Shown piece by piece: positions 1 to 12,108 of a stretch of 64,000 bases of DNA. The stretch is from Azolla caroliniana. Taxonomy: Eukaryota > Plantae > Polypodiophyta. A program made the translations under genes and the position numbers. The DNA lies in contig JBHGNT010000006.1 in NCBI GenBank assembly GCA_043228905.1, positions 11,408,001 to 11,472,000 on the forward strand, given 5' to 3'. Positions within the stretch are counted from its first letter, which is position 1. Each line of letters begins with the position of its first letter. The notes beneath the pieces were generated by a model. That model was not told where the DNA came from. It was given only the letters and a program-made list of their open reading frames with translations, and made no database searches.

Positions 1-3000
1 TTGTTGACATCAAGTGCCCGCATTTCTTCTTCCATAGCGGCACGCCAATTTGCGTCCTTGGCCGCTTCTGCGTAGCTCTCCGGCTCATGCACTTCCGCCA
101 CCTTAGTCATGTACGCATAGTGATGCGCCATGTACTCATTGTACTTGTAGCGCTTGACGGGATCCTTGTGGCGGGTGGACCGACGTAACTCACTGTTACC
201 CGGTTTGAGGCCCTTCTTGGCCGGTTCGGTCTTCGTTGCCGAAGATCCGCCTTTCTCCTTGCCGGAGTCGGATGCACTCTGATCCGACTCATCGTTTCCA
301 GTTTTGAATTCCGACATCTTCTTCTTCCCCTTCTCTTTGCGCGTGAACCGTCGCCTTGGTTTCTTGCGCGGGGAGTGCATGGCAGAGTCTCCACTACTCG
401 CCAATTCCTCATCGCACTGGTCAGATTGACTCAGTCTCTCGTTTGGCCTGCTCAACCGGAACGATTCCGGACTCTCATCCAGAGTCCACACTTCATCATC
501 CTCTACCTGGGCCGGGTCAGGCTCATTAGCCTCATCCACCGGCACCGGGTTGGATTCGGAAGTCGAAGCCGGTAAGGAGTACCACGATGCCAATTCATAG
601 AACCCGACATCTCGACTAACTCGGACCTGCTTTGTCCGGGGGTTATAACACTTATAACCCTTGTGCTCTTGAGCATAGCCGATTAGGATGCATTTTTCCG
701 ATTTTGCATCCAGCTTCCTCCACTTCTCTTCTGGTACATGCACATATGCAATGCTACCGAAGATCTTAGGATGTCTCAAATTCAGCTTGCGTTCGAAATA
801 CAGCTCGTGAGCTAACACCTTGTCACCGATCCGGTTCTGGATGTAGACAGTTGTTCGGACTGCCTCTGCCCAGTAGAATTTGGGCATGCTCTTCTCCTCC
901 AGCATTGCCCTTGCCGCATCAATAAGCGTCCGGTTCTTCCTTTCGGCAACACCGTTCTGTTGCGGTGTGTATCTGCAGCTGAACTCTCGCCGAATACCCT
1001 TTTGCTGCAGATAACTGTTGAATTGGCAGGAAAAGTACTCTTTTCCGCCATCCGACCGCAGGCATTTGATCTTCCTCTCCGATTCCTGTTCCACCATGCT
1101 TTGGAGACTCCAGAAACACTCGAAGACTTCACTCTTCCGCTCAATGAGGTAGATCCATGTGTGCCACGTATAGTCGTCGATGAAGGAGACGAAATATCGA
1201 CTCCCGCCAAGACTAACATTCTGTGCTGGTCCCCACACATCCGAATAGATAAGGTCGAGCTTGTTACGGCTCCGGTTACGTTCGGTGGGGAATGGAAGCC
1301 GGTGTTGCTTCCCGAGTTGGCATGCTTCACATACTTGGGCCTTCCGGCCGCTAAACTTCGGCAAACCGAAAACAACTTGTTTCGTTTGCAGGTTTTGAAG
1401 CCTCCGCTTGTGCCACAGGTCAATGTCCGATTTGACCTTCTGTCCTTTTGCAAACAGAGCGGTGCCGACGTCATTGGTGTCGAGGATAAACATCCTCCCG
1501 TCTCTACGCCCTTGCGCAATAATCTGGCCCTCTTCCTCGATGAAGCACCCAAGGTGCGTAAACTGCACCAGCATCCCCTGGTCGACGATCTGTCCTACCG
1601 ACACCAGGTTCTTCGTGATTGTCGGAACGTGTAATACGTTCATCAACTTCCCCTTCTGTCCGACGTGGCTCAAAGGGACTTCTCCGACATGCACGATTGG
1701 GTGAGGAGTGTCGTCTCCGGTTTTGACTACTCCTGGTTGATCCGGTTTTTCCAAAAAGGAGAACCACTCTTTGTGGCTCGTCATGTGGTTCGATGCACCG
1801 GAGTCAACATACCACACTTCCTCCGATTTGGAAGTGGTCTTCTTCATCGAGTTCGCCTCGTGCTTCATCACCAAGGCTGGCCCGTTATCGTTCTTGGATC
1901 CTCCCGATCCCTTTGCGTAGTGCGAGCTTTACCGGCCATCCTTGCCGGCCTTGCCGGATCCGGATTTGTCCGAATCGGCACGTTTTCTCCAGCACTCGCT
2001 TTCTCTATGGCCCTTTTTGCCACAATACCAGCATTCCGTTGCAGATTTGTCTTGCCGGCCTCCGGCACCGCCTTGACTCCCCGTTCTCTGTGCCTTTGTT
2101 CTTGCTCTTGCCGGCCGCCTCCATTGCGTGCCGACCCGCCTCGCCCACCACGCCCACGGGACCGATCCGCCTCCGTGTACAACATTCGGCTGTCAGTGGG
2201 TGCGCTAGTTGACGCACCGACGTGGTTCTCCTCTACAAGGAGCATCGACTGTAAGTCGAAAAATGATGGCGTATTCTCCCTTGTACACACTGCCGTTCAG
2301 AACGCTCTAAACTTCGATGCCAGGCCCCCAAGACAGACCTGTACCATCTCGTCTTCCTCTATGGTAACGTTGATAGAGGCAAGCGAGTCACAGATCTCTT
2401 TGATCCGGGCAGTGTAATCTGCCACCGACATGTCCTTCTGTCGGACATTGCTCAACTCCTGTCAGAGTTGCAGCTTCCAGGCTGTTGTGCTCGCGGCGAA
2501 CACCTTCTTCAGGTTCCCCCAAGCCTCCTTCGGCGTCTTGGCGTCTCGGATGTGGCTCAGCATCTGGTCTCCGACACTAGACGCGAAGCAGTACATCACT
2601 CTGCTTGCCGATTGTTCCCACACTGGAAAGTCCTTATGTGCCGCATCAGGTGCTGTTTCGTTGGCTCCTTCGACAAAACTCTAGTAGCCATGCCCAAGCA
2701 GGTACTGGTGCATCTTAAACGACCAAGATGCATAGTTGGATTTGTCGAGTTTCTCCACAGCGAGCGAGCTAGCCATCCCTCTATCCATCACTTCTCTGTC
2801 TATTGTTTTACGACCTGTTAGGGTTTGCTGTCAAGTGTTTGTCGGTTGCAGAGGAGCTTCTAACACTTACTACGAGACTATAATTGCCTAGTAGTCTAAA
2901 CTAATACTAGGCTTCCGGTTACCGATTGGACCTGGCTAACCGGCTCCCCAGCTCATTGGCTCTGTTGCTTGCCGGCTTACCGATTCCTCTAGTTTGCCGA

Positions 3001-3052
3001 CCCAGGCTTATTCAGCCGATAAGGCTCTAGTTGAGCTTGCCGCAAGTCAACA
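1..3052 (-). mobile_element. Ty1/Copia LTR retrotransposon, 5' part (LTR, gag, zinc knuckle, protease, integrase, start of RT); degenerate; Bryco/Lyco-like by gag N-terminus
   Basis: Minus-strand reading from ATG at 2788: MDRGMASSLAVEKLDKSNYASWSFKMHQYLLGHGY*. Downstream are a CCHC knuckle, protease (DSG motif), integrase (YSDVWG, PQQNGVAERKNR) and the EPESYAEAAKDANWRAAMEEE RT lead-in at the window start. Stops and frameshifts are present. Lineage is inference. Confidence 0.92.
2816..3052 (-). repeat. Putative 5' LTR (237 bp) of the Copia element
   Basis: TGTTA...CAACA inverted termini, 27 bp upstream of the gag ATG, with an abrupt switch to AT-rich DNA after 3052. The partner LTR is outside the window. 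Confidence 0.65.
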
Positions 3053-5399
3053 ATATTATTATATGTACTATACTTCTAGCTCTTCAAGAATTAGAGTATT
3101 AGTGCGCCATGGTGAAGGGCATGCATTCCTTGATACCATTAACCCGAATTAGAGTCAGAGCATATACATTTATAGGTATCTATTGTATCTATGTATCTAT
3201 ACATACATATAAGTAGATAGACGAACATATATACATATATGTTTATGTGCATGATTTACGTATATACATTTATATGTGTGTGTATGTACTGTACATCTAT
3301 AGTGTAATTGCAATGTACGTCTTATGTATAAGTACTTAGGTGTATACATGTATCTATAAATATGGATGTCACTAACGTGGATTAGTGGTGTTGATTTGTC
3401 ACCATCTCAATCAATCACAAGCTCAAGTGGTCTATTTTAATAACTACTCATTAAGGCAAGTACTTCCTTCTTTTAGGACATCATTGCATGCTTCCAAAGG
3501 TGAGACGAAGACATCAAACAAATTAAGGATGGCAAAGACAACCAACACCCATCTAATGCCGTAATTGACGCATTGAAAGGTAACTAGATTTGCCTCGATC
3601 TCTTGTAAACTCTCTTTATTTCTTTATATTCACACATATCACGATACGTTAAGATATTTAGTAGTTTGTATACACATATAATGACTAGGAACATATGTCA
3701 TGAGACATCAATAATCAAGTATTAGCACATCCTGTGATATCTTAGGGTGTTTCCTTATTTGTAGCGTTGATTAAGGACAAGGAAAATGAAATTCATGCCA
3801 TGCTAAGCCTTTGAAACGTCTCCATTGAAGAGAGGTGGTGATCATTCAGGTTAAATCTTTTATGTCTCATCCAATTATTAAGTATTGGAACATCTAGTGG
3901 TACGTTAGGGTACTAAGACGGCTTTTGTGTCAAGATACACATTTAAACATTCAAAAATAAAATATTAAAGACGTCTCTTGATATGTGAGGGCGTTTCATT
4001 TTATTCGGAATGTTTATGAAGCTCAAAGAAGAAAGTGAAAGGAACATTTTTGAGATTAAGAGTTTAAGAGTTTTCTAAATGTCCACTTTTGAGGAATTTT
4101 AGGAATTTTAAGAGTTTTGATGGGGTTTTTGTAAATGTGGGTTTTGTAGAGTCTACGGAATGTGGGTCTTTTAGGGTTTTGAGGGCCTTCCTGATTACGC
4201 GCTTTTTTATGTTCTTAATGTGCCCTACATTGATTTTCTGCATATAGGATTCTATGGTTTTGGTTGTTCCGAATATGGATTTTGAGGGATTTGAAAGTTT
4301 TCTTAATAGATATTTCTAGGGATTCAAAGCGTCAATGTTCACGGTACAGATTTGATGCTTATCTCATACCAGAATTTCTAGGAACGTTCGTACCTTTTTA
4401 GGACATCATTGCATGCTTCCAAAGGTGAGACGAAGACATCAAACAAATTAAGGATGGTCATATTCGTATTACTTAAAAAGAGTAACTTAAATGTTGAAGG
4501 ACATCTTGATTAGAAATTAATGATACAACAGTGGTTGTTAATGCATGCCTATTTCATTTCATGTCCATACGTGATGCTTATATCTTCTTGTGAATTGAAA
4601 TATGTGGACAAATAGCTAGAGCTATTGATTTTGATCAAACATGTGGTGAAAGCACATCAACTTTTATTTCATGAAAGGGCCTGCTAAGAGGTAAACTGTT
4701 TTGGTGTCTGTCAATGATATAGCTAACTTTCTTGGCTTCGTCCATTTGTATATGTTATGCTTTATTTTTCCCAAAATTCTGAAGCATGTTGGTAGCGATA
4801 AGATGGAACCCTGTTTCTTTTGAGGAAAGGCACTTCTTTGGAGTTGGTGATACTCTTTTAAAAATGTAAGCACTGGTGTTCTGTTTTTTCAAAGAAAAGT
4901 GAAGAGTAAAAATACGATAGATCGACTTATCCATTCCCATAAGTCCTGAATACGGTCAGAATTAGAAGCCAACCAAGACATGTACAAATACTCCCAATTT
5001 GTCCGGACTATTGTTGTGGAGAGCCAACTCTATAGGATAAAGTGAGAAGAGAAACAAAAAATATGTTCATCCTCGGATGTCTCATCCAATCTGAGAATAC
5101 AAGAATGTTAACTTCCATCTTAGTAGTTCAAATAGAAGGTAACTAAACACCATGGGTTGCTGTCATTGTGGGGCTGTTGAGTCATTACTTTTCAAAAATA
5201 TGAATGTGAATAAGTCACTTTGTTTTGTGACTTATTCAAAATTAAAAACTTATTAGCAGATATGTCAGTTAGATAGTTGAATTATATCCATTATGAGGTT
5301 AAATTTCATATAACGTAATCTTTTGCATCTTCTATTTCTTATGAACAATTTCCCATTGTTAAATCGAATGGAAAAAGAAAAAACTACCCTTATAACTTT

Positions 5400-5628
5400 T
5401 GTCGGAAGTATTGAGAATCGATTAGATAGGGTTATATAGTTACAACCACAGAGGTGGATATATGAAAAAAAAACCTCTATTACATATGAGAGTAGTTCAC
5501 AATGGTAGTTCACCTATGCGATCACACCTTGGAGCTTAGATGGGATTTAGACTAGCGCACTACAAAATTAGTGGGAACTGATGATCAGTACAACCACTGT
5601 GTAAGAAAGTGGATTATATTCTATCAAC
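5400..5628. repeat. Short LTR-like dispersed repeat (copies at 13108-13336, 51497-51718, partial at ~8597-8640)
   Basis: TGT...ACA termini; the core gttacaaccacagaggtggatatatg...gtgtaagaaagtgga recurs ~46 kb away. No matching TSD. Confidence 0.6.
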
Positions 5629-5967
5629 ATACATATATGTATTACTTATGGTTTCTACAAAGAGGTAGGCTATATATACATATATGTTTATGTGCATGAT
5701 TTATGTATATACATTTATATGTGTGTGTATGTGTTGTACATCCATAGTGTAATTTGAAATGTACATCTTATGTATAAGTACTTAGGTGCATACATGTATC
5801 GATAAATATGGATGTCACTAACGTGGATTAGTAGTGTTGATTTGTCACCATCTCAATCAATCTCAAGTTCAAGTGGTCTATTTTAGTATCTACTCATTAT
5901 GGAAAGTACTTCCTTTTTTTAGGACATCAGTTTTGCCTTTGCCTGCTTCCAAAGGTGAGACGAAGAC

Positions 5968-6654
5968 CAAGGTTGTTAGGTACGGTACGGATACCATACG
6001 TATTTAACGTATTAATACCCGTATAGTACCTCCCAATTTAAAAATACGTTAAACACATTTTCTTAATACATTAAATACTTATAAAATACTTATTTTACGT
6101 ATAGTACGTTAAATACTTCTAGAATTTGAAAAATTATTTACCTTTCTATAAAATATCTATAATATTGTAAAAAACATCCTAAAATACTTGTAGTAATACT
6201 TGTGCTAATATGGATGTTGACATTCCCTTATTCTATAAATCAGTGTAAGTGTGCATCACGATGTTCTACTTCAAATTGTAATTATTTACAATTATACCTT
6301 CATAGATTGAGGAATCGTCTACGATTATCACATTCATGATAGGTTTCTCTTTTCTTCGTTTTCTTCTTCATCATCTTCATCATCTTCATCGTTGTCTCTT
6401 CTATTTGTCTTTCTTCCTTCCTTTGGCTTCTTTTTCACTAAAATCTTTTTTTTCTTTTGCTTTTTGTTAGGGTTTTACTTACATTTTCTTTATAAATACG
6501 TATTATACCTGTTTTTTTATAAATACGTTAAATACCGTATTGGACTAATGTACATGATATTTGACTGAACAACATTGAGGTATAGTACGTACTATACAAA
6601 TGATGAGGTACTATACGTATTTAAACATTAAATACGGGTACGTTAACAACCATG
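5968..6654. mobile_element. Non-autonomous hAT-type DNA transposon/MITE (687 bp)
   Basis: TIRs CAAGGTTGTTA / TAACAACCATG; exact 8-bp TSD ACGAAGAC (5960-5967, 6655-6662); empty sites in paralogous blocks at ~3505, ~4430 and ~13848. Confidence 0.9.
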
Positions 6655-7043
6655 ACGAAGACATCAAACAAATTCAAGGATGGCAAAGAAAACCAACACC
6701 CTTCTAGTGAGCTGTAATTGAAGAATTGAAAGGTGACTAGATTTGCCTCCCATCTCTTTTAAAGTCTCTTTATTTCTTTATATTCACACATCTCGTGATA
6801 CGTCAAGATGTTTAGTAGTTTGTATACATAGATAACGACTAGGAAGATATGTCATGAGACATCAACAATCAAGTATTAGCACATCCTGCGATATGTTAGG
6901 GTGTTTCTTTATTTATAGTGTTGATTAAGGACAAGGAAAATGAAATTCATGCCATGCTAAGCCTTTGAAACGTCTCCTTTGAAGCGAAGTGGTGATCATT
7001 CAGGTTAAATCTTTTATGTCTCATCCAATTATTAAGTGTTGGA

Positions 7044-8596
7044 CACCGCTTACGGCGTACCATGAGAGTCCTTGGGCCAGACACCGCGGGACGTGGGCCT
7101 CGTTCGAGAAACTGAGAGAAAAGTATTGGTGGTCGGGGCTGTACCGGGATGTGTACCAGTTCGTGACGACGTGTGAAAACTGTTAGATGCACTCCGCGAT
7201 CCGCCATTGAGATGAGCTACACCCAACCTACCTGCTGACCATCCACTTCAAATGGATGGAGGATTTAACGAACCAAGTGGAAGGTCGCGCACTAACAAAC
7301 AAGACGACTGTGGCAGTGTGTTGATTCGTAATCGAGGAGGTAGTGTGCCGGTACGGATGCGTAGGGAAAATCGTGGCGGATCGAGGAGAGCTGGATGCGC
7401 AGGAAGCTAAGGAGCTGTTCAACCGGTTAGGGGTCAAGCTCTCCCTCATTATGGCGTACAATCCGGAGGCGAACGGGAAGCTAGAACGCGGGCACGGACC
7501 GATCGTGAAGGCTTTGGTACGAGCGTGTGGAGGGCAGGTCGGGAATTGGCCGCGGCTTTTACCGTACGCGCTGTGCGCGGACCAGACTACGCACAGTTCG
7601 GTGACAGGGTTCATGCCGACGGAGTTTATGTACATGCAAAACCGATTATGCCGGTGGAATGGACAATCACTTCGTGGGTCATGGTGGACTGGAAGGACGA
7701 GATGAGCCGGGAAGAGTTGTTGGTGGCGTGGATTCGGCAGCTCGAGCGACGACCGGAGGACGTGGAGCAGGCGATGGCGAAGCTGCGTACGACGCGTGAA
7801 AAGAACAAAGGCCGGTTCGACCAAACACATCGGCTAAGACCGAAGAAGATCGAGGAAGGCAAGTGGGTGTTAGTGTACGACAATAGCCTCGATAATCAAC
7901 ACAAGTCGGTACATAAGTTTGCGAGGAGATGATTCGGGCCCTACACGGTGACAAGCGCGAACGACAACGGCACGTATCATCTCACAGAGCTCGATGGGAC
8001 GCAGATAGCGGTACCGATAGCCGACAAGAGGGTCAAGATGTTCAAGATGCAGCACAAAGACGAACCGAACCCGGTGAGCGATGGCGGCGGCAATGCCCGA
8101 ATCGGGGAAGGCGAGGGTTCGGAAAATGACGAGTGATCTAGGGCCAGCTTCCGTTGAGGTTGTTCCTACCTGGCACGTACCGGTGGACATGCGGTTTGCT
8201 GGGGGTGGATGTTGTGGAGAAAACCGCCCCTAGGAGGAATCAAGAGGAGGAGGCGTGACCATATCCTTTTCGCGCGCGTGTGTGTGTTTATGAATTGTAC
8301 ATGGCTAGGGATAGATCGGTTGATATACATATGTACTAGGGAGGGTATTAGTTGTATAGGGAATCGATGCGTATCTCTGTCCAAAAGGACAGAGAATAAA
8401 GTTGATATGTTTTGATGTAACAGCCTCCTCGGCGACCTATAAAGGGGAGGGGAGAAGAAGAAATTAGTATTGCGTTTTGGGCGAGGACGAAGTGCTGTCA
8501 GACTGGGAATTGAGCTCTCTCCTCCTCAACCGTTGCTCTCCACTACGTTTCTACGGCGGTTGCCTCTGCTGCCTGTAAACCCGCGTGTAAGCCCAC
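7044..8596 (+). mobile_element. Truncated Ty3/Gypsy fragment: integrase, PPT and partial 3' LTR
   Basis: HHCC zinc-binding region (YHESPWARHRG...CENC), core CRYGCVGKIVADRGE and YNPEANGKLERGH, GPY motif, PPT gggggtgga, LTR start TGTTG at 8210. Confidence 0.88.
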
Positions 8597-8799
8597 GATG
8601 ATCAGTCCAACCACTCTGTAAGAAGGTGGAATATATTCTATGTTTGGTCGGAGTATAACGTTTAACTCGTCCTCCAACTCATAGATTTCTAAACATATAA
8701 TAGTCTCATTCAAACCTAATGGCATATGTCAAACTTTATTTACCAGCCAAGGTTAATAAACGAATTCTGTATGAAGGATCATATAATGGATGACTATGC

Positions 8800-9205
8800 A
8801 CATACATGTTTCACAAACAATGTCAAAATGTAATTCCATAAGCCAATGGTATTTTGAGATGTAGTTTTAACAACATATGAAATCTCAAGCATGACAATGC
8901 GTATACATGTTTCACAAGCAATGTTGAAATGTAATTCCATAAGCTATGGTATTTTAACATGTGCTTTTAACATGTGCCATTTCCAATATGTATATTGTGC
9001 ACATGAAACCCAAGTTATGAGGTCGACATCCTTGGGGCATAGTATATGATGTAATTCAAATCCAACTTTATATTCCTGGTTTTCTACTTGAAGGCATGTC
9101 TCAGTGCTAAGTATTTTGTAGCCCACTTGTTTGTGTATATTTGTGATTCAGATGCAACTTTATCTTCCGAGTTTTCTACTTGATGGCATGTCTCAATGCT
9201 AAGTA
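8800..9205. repeat. Two short tandem duplications
   Basis: atacatgtttcacaa...tggtatttt occurs twice (~8800, ~8903); caactttatat...gctaagta occurs twice (~9063, ~9156). Confidence 0.7.
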
Positions 9206-10001
9206 AGAGAGCATAACTTTCAGATGCACTAGTGTTCTGTTTTCTTACAGAGAAGTTAAACGTTTAAATACTACAGATCGACTTACCCATTTCCATAAGT
9301 CGTGAATACAGTCTAAATTAGAGCCAGCCATGACATGTGCAAATACTCCCAATTTGTCTGGACTATTCTAGTGGAGAGACAAGTCTATGGGATAAAGTGA
9401 GAAGAGAAACAAAAAATATGTTTGTTCTCGGATGTCTCATCCAATCTGAGAATACAAGAATGTTAACTTCCATCTTCGTATTCAAATAGAAAGCAACTAA
9501 ACACCATGGGTTGGTGTCACTGTGGGGCTGCTGAGTCATTAGTTGTCTAAAATATGAATGTCAATAAGTCATTTTGTTTTGTGACTCATTCAAAATCGAG
9601 AAACTTATTAGCAAATATTTAAAGTTAGATAGTTCTATTATATCCTTTGCGAAACTAAATTTCATATAGCTTAATCTTTGGCATCTTTTGTTTCTTATGA
9701 ACAATTTCCCACTCTTAAATCAAATGGAAAATGAAAAACTACCTTTATAACTTCACATTGGGAATTACCCGAATTTTTTTATACAAGCAGTGAGTGTCTA
9801 TTTTTAGAAACTATTGCACTAGAGACTGTTATAGCATTTAATATTTAAATACTTAAATATTATACAATTTAATATTTGACCGTTTTTAGCTTAGACGGTA
9901 CTTTGTAACTCCCCCTCAAGCTGGTGACTAGGTATTTTTCAATCCCAGCTTGGATAGAATTGTTTGAGATGTTGGATTTCTCAATCCTTTTGTGAGTGTG
10001 T

Positions 10002-10185
10002 CTGCCAACTATTGTTGTGAGGGAATGTAAGTGCCAACTGTTATTTAGTTTGGTATTGCTATGTGAATGTAAGTGCATTGATCATTCAACTTTGCCAACT
10101 GTTGTTGTGAGGGAATGTAAGTGCCAACCAACTCTTATTTAGTTTGGGATTGCTATGTGAATGCAAGTGCATTGATCATTCAACT
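10002..10185. repeat. Tandem duplication of a ~90-bp unit
   Basis: tgccaact.ttgttgtgagggaatgtaagtgccaac...tgatcattcaact occurs twice. Confidence 0.8.
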
Positions 10186-11801
10186 AAATATGGCCTTGTT
10201 ATGTTATGACTAACCATGTATGTCATATTCGTATTACTTAAAAAGAGTAACTTAAATGTTGAAGGACATCTTGATGAGAAATAAATGATAGAACATTGGT
10301 TTGTAATGCATGCCTATTTCATTTCATGTCCTTATGTGATGCTTATATCTTCTTGTGAATTGAAATATGTGGACAGATAGTTAGAGCTATTGATTTTGAT
10401 CAAACATGTGGTGAAAGTACATCAACTTTTATTTCAAGAAAGGGCCTGCGAAGAGGTAAACTGCTTTGGTGTTTGTCAGTGATATAGCTGACTTTCTTGG
10501 CTTCGTCCATTTGTATATGTTATGCTTTACTTCTCCCAAAATTCTGAAGCATGTTTGTAGCGATAAGATGGAACCCAGTTTCTTTTGAACCAGAATTGTT
10601 TCTGATTTATCTAGATATGTGTATTCTAGGATCATCCTATACTGACCTGTATTATATTATAGGTGAGTGGTCCTTGCTTGGGCACTGGTGATGTATGGTG
10701 ATGAGCTTGAATTCTAACTTAGGCACTTGAAAAAGGACAAAACGACACATGTTTATGGGTTAAAAAATTTCTCTTTTGTGTCATAAGTTCATTGTATTAC
10801 ACATCATAATATATCGAGAATATGAAACGCAACTTTCTTGTCTATTGTTGTTTGAAGTGCTCATTGTATGTTGTTACTTTATTTGCAATAGTCCATGTTC
10901 AATTTCCGTAAATTGCAAGACGTTTCCTATTAATGAGTTGTTTTCAAGAATTTCAGTGGTAATCTGAATTTTTAGTAGAGGGCAGGATTTGCATAGTTAC
11001 AATACGGTTCTCTTTATCAGAGTGCACAAGATAGCAGTTGTGTTTCATCATGCAATGGAGATTCTGCTGGTATGCAACCTTCAACTGCATCGCATGCATG
11101 AATGCAGTATAAAATCTCTAGCTGAAACTTATGGTACATTGGTATATTTGTGATGGCAGAACTTCTCAAATCCTTTGGAAAACTTGACCTTGATAAAGAT
11201 AAGAAATGTATCATTGACCAAATAAAAGGTATAGTTGATGGTGATTGCATCCTCTGTTCATATCTGAGGTTTCGAAAGGCATTTTTTTTAAATTTGAATT
11301 GTTTCTTGATGCACATTGCAAATGGAGTAGATGAAACAAAATTAACAGTCTGACATTAGATTTTTGTAATTTTTTAATTATCCTGGCGTAAATAAAGAAC
11401 ATCAATTTTTTGGAATTATTGGAAAAAATTCCCTATGTATCCCTTGGTCATATTATTAAAGCCAGTGCGAATTAAATCTTGTCTCAGATCCATCCTTCAT
11501 TTATGTGCAAGAAAACCCAGAATAAAGAAATAGATAGTGTCTGGGATTGATACTCATCCAAATTTCAGTGACAGAGTCTTTTGGATTGATCCTCATCCAA
11601 ATTTTGGTGAGAATACAATGCAGGGGAGCACTGCCGAACCTATCATTTTGGGTGCATTGACGATGATTACAGATAAGATCCCTGGCCCTATGGTTGGTAT
11701 AACTATTGATCGAGTGTTTGCAAATCATGTGAATGTGGCTGGTTCTGTTTCTACTATTGTTTAAAAAGCTCTCGTGTCGGTATCATTATCAGCAAAGGAG
11801 G

Positions 11802-12108
11802 AACAAATTCCAAAGAAATCGTGCACATTTCAAAGGATGACCTGTGAGTAGAAGCTCCTCCCGAGGATTCCTCTCTCTGCATCATGAGAATAACAAGAAC
11901 CTCTCAACAGACAAATATAGCTCTATGCCTAGTCCATCAGAAAGTAGAGTGGACTAAGCATAGAGCTGTCTGGTGGACTAAGCGTAGAGCTATATCCGTC
12001 TGTTTAGAGGTTCCTGTGATTCTCATGATGCAGAGAGAGGAATCCTCGGGAGGAGCTTCTACTCACAGGTCAGCCTTTGAAATGTGCATGATTTCTTTGG
12101 AATTTGTT
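11802..12108. repeat. Long inverted repeat / foldback hairpin (~135-bp arms)
   Basis: 11802-11936 is the reverse complement of 11974-12108, with about 10 mismatches; 37-bp spacer. Confidence 0.95.

Noticed and set aside
960-2417. Plus-strand ORFs of 224 and 250 aa
   Set aside because: Antisense shadows of the minus-strand Copia gag-pol.
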